DNA of 43,674 nucleotides, taken from NCBI RefSeq assembly GCF_004010195.1, contig NC_057749.1, positions 26,627,919 to 26,671,592 on the forward strand, in the 5' to 3' direction. The DNA is from Chiloscyllium plagiosum. Its lineage: Eukaryota. The first letter of the stretch is position 1; each line of letters begins with the position of its first letter. Position numbers and translations under genes: made by a program. Below are positions 35,645 through 43,674 of the stretch, one piece after another. The notes beneath the pieces are model-generated. The model was not told the DNA's origin. It saw nothing but the letters and a program-made list of their open reading frames with translations, and made no database searches.

Positions 35645-36560
35645 AGAAAGTGAGGACTGCAGATGCTGGAGATTTCACTACCTAGATTACACCTCCTCCC
35701 ATCCTGCCCCCTGTAAAAACGCCATCCCATATTCCCAATTCCTTCGTCTCCGCTGCATCTGCTCCCAGGAGGACCAGTTCCAATACCGAACAACCCAGAT
35801 GGCCTCCTTCTTCAAAGACCGCAATTTCCCCCCAGACGTGATCGACGATGCTCTCCACCGCATCTCCTCCACTTCCCGCTCCTCAGGCCTTGAGCCCCAC
35901 CCCTCCAATTGCCACCAGGACAGAACCCCACTGGTCCTCACCTTCCACCCCACCAATCTCCATATACATCGTATCATCNNNNNNNNNNNNNNNNNNNNNN
36001 NNNNNNNNNNNNNNNNNNNNNNNNNNNNNNNNNNNNNNNNNNNNNNNNNNNNNNNNNNNNNNNNNNNNNNNNNNNNNNNNNNNNNNNNNNNNNNNNNNNN
36101 NNNNNNNNNNNNNNNNNNNNNNNNNNNNNNNNNNNNNNNNNNNNNNNNNNNNNNNNNNNNNNNNNNNNNNNNNNNNNNNNNNNNNNNNNNNNNNNNNNNN
36201 NNNNNNNNNNNNNNNNNNNNNNNNNNNNNNNNNNNNNNNNNNNNNNNNNNNNNNNNNNNNNNNNNNNNNNNNNNNNNNNNNNNNNNNNNNNNNNNNNNNN
36301 NNNNNNNNNNNNNNNNNNNNNNNNNNNNNNNNNNNNNNNNNNNNNNNNNNNNNNNNNNNNNNNNCTCTCACCTTAACCTCCTTCCACCTATCGCAATTCC
36401 AACGCCCCTCCCCCAAGTCCCTCCTCCCTACCTTTTATCTTAGCCTGCTTGGCACACCCTCCTCATTCCTGAAGAATGGCTCATGCCCGAAACGTCGATT
36501 CTCCTGCTCCTTGGATGCTGCCTGACCTGCTGCACTTTTCCAGCAACACATTTTCAGCTC
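35645..36560 (+). mobile_element. Young 5'-truncated Penelope-like element (family B) inside CR1, gapped
   Basis: 14-bp TSD agaagatactgagg (35631-35644, 36561-36574). YLDYTSSHPAPCKNAIPYSQFLRL...RTPLVLTFHP. Hammerhead motif at ~36465-36500. The tail sits inverted at the 5' side. Confidence 0.9.
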
Positions 36561-36592
36561 AGAAGATACTGAGGGACATTTAGAAGAAATTG

Positions 36593-36729
36593 GGTGAAAG
36601 TGAGGACTGCAGATGTTGGAGGTCAGAGTGTAGATTAGAGTGGAGCTGGAAAAGCACAGCAGGTCAGGCAGCATCCGAGGAGCAGGAAAATTGACGTTTC
36701 AGGCAAAAGCCTTTCATCAGGAATCCCTT
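36593..36729 (-). mobile_element. Solo Penelope family B terminus with a hammerhead-like core
   Basis: Minus strand ttc-CTGATGA-aaggcttttgcct-GAAACGTC-aat. Decayed TSD catttagaagaaattgg / cattggaagaaactgg. Confidence 0.75.
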
Positions 36730-38959
36730 CATTGGAAGAAACTGGACTAGTTAATGACAGGCAGCATTGTTTTATATGGAGAAGGACATGCCTCACCAAC
36801 CTGATTGAATTTGTTTCAAGAGGTGACAAAGATTATTGATGAGGGAAGGGCTGTGTATGTAGTTAAATGAACTTTAGTGAGGCATTTGATAAAGTTCCAC
36901 ATAGCAGATTTGTACAAAAACTAAAGTCACATGGGATTCGGAATGGGCTAGTCAAATGGATACAAAACTGGCTTGGTTATAGAAGACAGAGGGTAGTGGC
37001 GGAAGGGTCTTTTTCAGAATGGAGACTCCCAATAACTAATGGTGTGCCACAGGGATTAGTCTTAAGTTCTCTGTTGTTTGTAGTATATAGAAATGATCTG
37101 GAGGAAAATGTTGGTGGTCTGATTAGTATGTTTGCAGAATACACAAAGATTGGAGGAGTTTCTGATAGGGCTGATGCTTGTGAAAAGATACACCAGGATA
37201 GATTGGCAACTTGGGCACAAAATGGCAGATGGAGTTTATTCCCAACAAATCTGAGGTGATGCATTTCAGGATCAAATTTAGGTGTGAATTATACTGTAAA
37301 TGGCAGAATCCTTCGGAACATTACCATACAGACAGAGTTGGGCATGCAGATCCACACATCCTTACAAGTGGCAAGACAGATGCTCTATGTGATTAAGGTG
37401 GCATACAGTAGGCTTGTCTTCAGTGGCTGGGGCATGGAGTACAAGAGTTGGCAAACCATGTTGCAGCTATATAAAACCCTTGTGAGGCTGCATTTGGACT
37501 ATTGTGTGCAGTTTTGGTCACCGCACTACCAGAAGAACGTGGAAGCTTTGGGGAGAGTGCAGAAAAGGTTCACCAGGATGTTGTCTAGTATTGTGGGCAT
37601 TGGCTATGGAGAAAGGTTAAAAAGATTAGAGTTGTTTTCACTGGAAAGACAGTGACTGAGCGGAGATCTGACAGAGGTCTACAAAATTGTGAGGCATAGA
37701 TAGGGTGGATAGTCAGAAGCTTTTTCCCCAGGGTTGAAGATTCATTTACAAGGGGACACAGGCTCAAGGTAAGAGGGGGAAAGTTTAAAGGAGATGAGTG
37801 AGGCAAGGTTTTTACGCAGACAGTGGTAGGAGCCTGGAACACACTGCCAGGAAAGGTGATGGGAGCTGGCACGTTGGTGACATTTAAAAGATATCTGATA
37901 GTTACATGAATAGGGAGGGAGTAGAGGGATATGGACGAATACGGGCAGAAGGTTTGATTTTAGTTTAGTTAGGGCATGATGACTGGCACAGGCTTGAAGG
38001 GCTGAAGGGCCTGTTCCTGTGCTGTACTTCTCTTTTGCTCATTTATTCTTTTGTACTCCAAAGAATCTGCAAAGAATATTACTCCAGTTACAGAGATATA
38101 GTCTGGACATACAAGGTAACAAATGCTGTCAAGTGTAGTACTCTCTTTGAAGAAAGTGGAGGACGCAAAGCCAGAGTGTGCAATCTTCCAGCTCCAGACC
38201 AAACTGAGCATCAGTGAGCAGGTTATAGTTAACAGTGTCACTTGACGGCACTGTCAATGACACTTTCCATCACTTTGTTGATGACTGATGGGGCAATACT
38301 GTAATTGACCAGATCAGATTTATCTTACACTGTTTTTGGACAGGCTGCACTTGTGCAATTTTCCACATCATTTTGAGCTATTGTGCTGCAGAGATTGGTC
38401 ATCTTATTCAAATACACTTCTCTCATAAATACAAAAAAAGCTAAAAACTAAAAGTTTCACCTTGTTGTGTTCCTCTGCTGATCAGAGGAAACCCCAGATT
38501 GAAAGGGCAGCTCAATCAGTTCCACAGTGAAAGCTTTTTCCATGGCCATGTCTGTCAACCTGTCATTATTTGGCAGCAGCTGCCCTTTTGGAAAGTGTAA
38601 ATAAACTGTCAGCTTCTCTCTAATGTTTCCTCAGAGGCAGAACAATCTATTCTTCAAAAGCCATTTCAGGCACTTACCCTGTCACAAGACATCTGCACTC
38701 TGACTGGAAGGTCTGAACTTGCAGACACGCCCTCCCTCTTGCCTTTGACTGAAGGTCCTCACTATTTTTTGAAAATATCTTTTGAGCTTAAAGCCAACAT
38801 CTTACTCCCAGTATTTTTATAATTCAAACAGTTACAAAAAATTACAAGTCCTGTTTTAACTGGCAGTGAGTTTGATGAGTGAGATGTGCATCTTATCATC
38901 AGCAGACCAGGGTGAGAAGGAGAGATAAAAATCAAATCTCTCTATTGGTTACTGACGGA

Positions 38960-40155
38960 AATGTGTCGGTGTGGACTTCCAGTGAAAGAGATCCAGGATG
39001 CAGCTGGAGCAGATTCATACCATCCACAGGGAGGCCTAAGAAACATCATCGCTATCTTCAACTGAGGATTCTTTGCCAATACAGCCCTTAGCCAGATCTG
39101 CCTCATCCCCCATATTTCTGCTTTCACTGGTTTTCTTTCCTCCTGCAACAATGTTAGAGTTACCCTGGTCCTCACTTACCATCCCACCAGCATCTGCATT
39201 CAAAAGATCATGACCTGCCATTTTCACACTCCAGTGGGATGCCACAACCAGCACATATTCTCCTTCCTCGTCAGCCTCCAGGGAACCCTGGTCCATTCCT
39301 CCCCATATCTCCATGGCACCTTCCCATGCAATCGCAGAGGGTGTTAACACCTGTCTGTTTACTTTGTCCTTCTTCACTATCCAAGGCCCCTGACACACCT
39401 TCCAGATAATTAAATGACTTACCTGCACTTCATCCATGTAATCGATTGTGTTTGCTGTTCACAATGTGGTCTCTTCTACACTGGGGAGATAAAACACAGA
39501 CGGGGTGACTGCTTTGCAGAACACCTAAGTTCTGTCCATAAAAATTACCCCAAGTTTCCAGTTGCCTGTCACTTCAACATATTATCACATGGCAATATCT
39601 CTGTTGCAGGTCTGATACTGTGTTCTAGTGTTTGCAAGGTCAAAGAACAAGATCTCATTTACTGCGTGGGTCTCTGCAGCCTCTAGGACTCAACATGGAG
39701 TTCAGTAATATTAATGCCTGATCCCATTCTTCCATGTTTTTACCCACCCCACACCCAGTCCAGTTATGACATGGGTTGCTTTTAGCACAGTCACCCATTC
39801 CCACCCACTCTCAGGCCTATTATCACATTACATGATTTGCTTTGAGCACAGACTACACGTCCTCTGCTACCATCAGCTCTCGTTATCATTTATTCAGCTT
39901 CTCTTCTATCCTGGTCTACAATCGATAGTCCCCTCATTTGTGTAACTCGATCATATCTCCTTTGGGCTCCATCTCCGCCTATCTGCTCACTCCATCCCAC
40001 CCTTTAAAACCTTCACCTTCAGCACAATGCAAGTTTTTCCCAGCTGCTATCAGCCCTGATGAAGAGTCACCGGACTCAAATCATTAACTCTGCTTTCTTT
40101 CCACAGATGCTGCCAGACCTGCTGAATTTTGCCAGCGATTTCTGCTTTTGTTTGG
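38960..40155 (+). mobile_element. Old Penelope-like element with a GIY-YIG endonuclease remnant
   Basis: VIDCVCCSQCGLFYTGEIKHRRGDCFAEHL...PVACHFN, and a terminus with ctgatgaagagtc...gactc. Confidence 0.8.
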
Positions 40156-40229
40156 GAGCAGTATAGTGCCTAGTGTCTGGCAGTAACATTGGAACAAAGG
40201 AGTCAGTGCCTGTACAACAGTGAGAGTCA

Positions 40230-42900
40230 GAGGGCTGGAATTGATAGGGTGATGTGTCCCGTCCCCTCCTAAACTCCAGCTAAAAGGTCAGGAGATCCTT
40301 CCAAACAAACGATTGGCTTCCCTGCAGCCATTTAAGTGGCCATGAAAGATTTGAGTGAGGACTCCTTGTCAGAGAGCTACTGGCCAATTGAAGGTTGGCA
40401 GATCTCAATACCACCAGGTGCCATCATGAGTGAAGGCCAATGCTGATACTCCTCTCTGGGCATTGAGGTGGCATTCAGTACTGGGTCAGGAATTAACATG
40501 GTTGGCCCCAGCAATGAATGGGCTTTTGGGTGATGGAGGAAAGACGATAATGTCTTGTTAGGGCCCTCCAATTGATGTAGGTAGCCTCATAATGAAAGAT
40601 CCATCCCCTTTGCTGCTCCACCATGTACATCAGCTCTCACAGGAGAACTAGCTGCATGAAACTTTTGATCCCATGGAGAGGAGACCTCCTGTTCTAGTTA
40701 AATTATATCAGGAGCAGGCTCCCCCAGCCTTAGAACCTATTGAGTGGGTTGTGTATGATCCATCCTTGAGCCTTCAGGGAAGGAAAGAGCGATGTTCTGA
40801 TTAAAGACAACGTGAAGAACAGTGATGTTTGCTATAATGTGGTCCTGGTTTGCTGCTTCTAGATTGTTTACAGCAGAATCTGATCTTGCAACAGCACAGA
40901 CAGAGAAAAACATTGCCATTATGTACTCAGGCTGGAACAATCACTGCTCGCACGACAAACACATCCAACTTTTGGCAATAATGGATTTTGAGCAGGCACT
41001 GAAATAAACAGCTGACATTCCCCATTTAGCTCTTGCTCTGTTTCTTTCAAGTTAAATTCCTCTTCAGTTTTTAACTCTCTCATTACAAGACACAGTTTCC
41101 TCCAGGGAGTGCCTCTTGCAGGGCTCTCTGTATTTGCCACATTTCTGGCTGTCTCACAATATTGAACTGGAGAAAATTGATCAGGGCAGAAACCCGCTGG
41201 AGGGCTCTTGTGGTGTAGTGAGTGTTCAGATGAGAGCTGGAGGTAAGATGTTGGTAGTGAGAGTGGTGTAGAGGTGGGACTGGCAGTGGGGATTCGTGTA
41301 GGGGATTTGGGGAAGTGGTGGAGTGGCAGTGGGTATAGCAGTGTGTGTGGGAGAAGAATCTTGGGTGGGACTGTATGGGAGTGTGAGTGAGGGTGGGAGT
41401 GGCAGTGGGGGGTCCTGGGAGTAGGGTGCAGGGGTTGGAAGTGGAAGTGTGACTGGTGCAGGGGTTGGAAGTGGAAGTGGGATTGGAAGTGGGAACGGGG
41501 TTGGAAGTGGGAGTTGGGATTAATAATAGCATCAGAAAGCAGGGATCACCTCACTAATGTGTTGAACATCTATTCAAGCTCACTGGGTTTGAGAATACTC
41601 CATTGCAGTGATCATTCAACACAGGTATTGGTTTTATACCTCTCAGCATCTCAAAACAACTGTTTTCTCTTGCCACCAGCTCCAAATTTCATCTTTGAAT
41701 TGGCCCTTTGGTACATCCTCAATCCATTTACAGGACACTCCTGCACTTTTGGAACTCTCACTGCTACAAGGAGACTGCACACAGGCATAGACACCCAATG
41801 CAAGGATTGAACCTGACTGTATCTCACGGATCCTCATCTTTTCTCTTAGCAATTACTCACTTCTTGGATGCTTACACCATGTCTGCCATGACCTAATCTG
41901 ACTTTTTCCAACCTTGCCCCTCAGCCAGAGCTAATAGGTGGACATGCAGTCTATCTTGCCTTTTAGCACAGATATGAAGCCAGGACCTTCTTTATTCAAG
42001 GGGATAGCTCCTTGTCAATGTCAATCTTACCCCTGCAGGGAGAGGGGTCTCATTGTTATTAGATGTCAAAGCTGCTGGGGAGAGCTGGGGAATGTAGTTG
42101 TGAGGATCAGAGGCACAATGTGAGGATGCAGAACAGATGAGAATTGTGCAGGACAGCAACATATAAGGGGACAGATGATAGAAGATGGAGTGGGTCAAAG
42201 GGGTTGGCGTAACAAAGGGTCATCAATAGATGCATGAGCTTAGCTTCATTGGGGGGTTGTGCATTACTGTGTGTCTGGCAGGATGATGTGATGTATCCGG
42301 GGACTGGGGGGGGGAAAGTGAGAACATGAACAGATAAGTAAATAATTTGGTTATAACTTGGGAAGTTCAAAGCTGATGGAGTTGTTAGAGAAGGCCACCA
42401 GGAGGGAATGGAGGTAATGTGTAAAACTGGGAGGTTACCTAGAGTAAGAGACTGAGCCTAAGACTCACTGCATGAGGAGTGAACACAGTTTCCTTCTATC
42501 CTGCTGGTGCACCATGGAGCTGGAAATGGCTGTGACAACACCCTGAGTGGGCAAGGTATGTGCTTCAGGTTATAAGATTTAGAGTAATGTGTGGCCCTTC
42601 AAAAAGCAACAGCATGGCACAGACACCCATACAGTCCACATGCTGCACGTGAACCTTAAGCTTGAACCTACCTTGTGGAGTCCAAATCCTGCCCCAAAGC
42701 CTCTTGTCCACATTCTGCAGCATCAGGATTCAATCCCACTCACATGCAATATATTGCAGCCTGTATAGATACATTCTAGTTCCCAAAGTAACAAGCAGCA
42801 TACAGGGTCCCACAGCCTGCAATGTGCTGGAGCTGCTCACTTCACGCCCGACTCCATCAAGGCTGATGTAGTTTTCAGGATGGCTGGGTCCTGTGTTTTC
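40230..42900 (-). mobile_element. Possible very degraded PIF/Harbinger-like DNA transposon
   Basis: Weak remnants on the minus strand: gacaaggagctatcccctt (DKGYPL-like with a frameshift, ~42000) and ALQ..RVS..I-like (~41190). Boundaries are guessed. Confidence 0.25.
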
Positions 42901-42984
42901 AGTCTTGTAGTTGCATCAGGATAGATATTCACTCACGCAGCTGATGAACAGTGAATAGATACTTACAAGCTCGATAATGTATTT

Positions 42985-43674
42985 ACAATTGGGAAGGTAA
43001 GTGATTGTTATTTAAGAACTTAACTCGACGCCAACGGTCTTTTTGCAGCAGAGAGCGGCGGGAACTGGGCGGAAGTGAAGTCGGAGCGCAGAGCAGGTGG
43101 GGAAGGTAAGTGATTATTATTTGAGTGGAGAAGGAACCCGAGACACTACACGTGTAGTGTCTCCCACCCTCCCTCCTCCTCTAACCTAAATAAAAGGACT
43201 CAGTCGGCTGAACAGGTAAGCTACTCAGTGTTCTTGTTTTGGAGACTAAGTATAGAGTTATGGCAGCGCAGGCAGTGGAATGTTCCTCCTGCAGGATGTT
43301 TGAGGTAGGGGTGACCACCGATACTCCTGCCGACTTCATCTGCAGGAAATGCAGTCAGATTCTGCTCCTCACAGACCGTGTTAGGGAACTGGAACTGGAG
43401 TTGGATGAACTGAGGATTATTCGAGAGGCTGAGAGGGTGATAGATAGAAGCTACAGGGCCATAGTTAAGCCAGAGAACAGAGGTACCTGGGTAACAGTTA
43501 GAGGTGGGAAGGGGAGGAAGTAGGCAATGAAGGGATCCCCTGTGGTTGTTCCCCTCAACAATAAGTATACCGCTTTGGATACTGTTGGGGGGGACGGCCT
43601 AGTAGGGTTAAGCTGCAGTAACCGGGTCTCTGAGGCTCAGAAGGGAAAGGGGGAGAGGAGGAGAGCGCTAGTTA
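42985..43674 (+). mobile_element. 5' end of a fairly young CR1 LINE (5' UTR plus ORF1 start at 43260, stop at 43521-43523)
   Basis: MAAQAVECSSCRMFE...FICRKC...LTDRVRELELELDELR (zinc finger plus coiled coil), followed after the stop by VPLNNKYTALDT. Confidence 0.88.

Larger units (their letters stand above)
34213..38035 (+). mobile_element. 5'-truncated CR1 ORF2 (APE-RT), pseudogenised, with three nested Penelope inserts
   Basis: GVFYRPPNS, DDFNFP, VDKSQGPD, FSEAFDKVPH, GVPQGLVL, LYKTLVRLHLDYCVQFWSP. Confidence 0.92.

Noticed and set aside
22925..36525. ORFs containing long X runs
   Set aside because: They read through N-gaps. Only the flanking PLE RT fragments are meaningful.

Overview
Vertebrate genomic DNA, almost certainly from a cartilaginous fish (inferred from HE1/V-SINE-type SINEs, shark-type CR1 LINEs and dense Penelope-like elements), with four N-gaps. 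The one host gene I can support is missed by the ORF track: a complete minus-strand galanin-family prepropeptide with five coding exons (13635-13715, 11484-11538, 10057-10155, 7092-7166, 4908-4969), all with canonical splice sites. It encodes 123 aa: [123 protein letters not shown]. The mature peptide's C-terminal half is divergent, so it may be a second galanin/GALP paralog. Most other sequence is repeats: CR1 LINE fragments, V-SINEs, probable solo LTRs, a 3.4-kb perfect 12-mer array just upstream of the start exon, and minisatellites. At least three families of Penelope-derived termini carry minimal hammerhead-ribozyme motifs, often as short TSD-flanked inverted-repeat inserts, and several lie in the sense strand of the galanin introns. 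All long ORFs in the track are repeat or gap artefacts.
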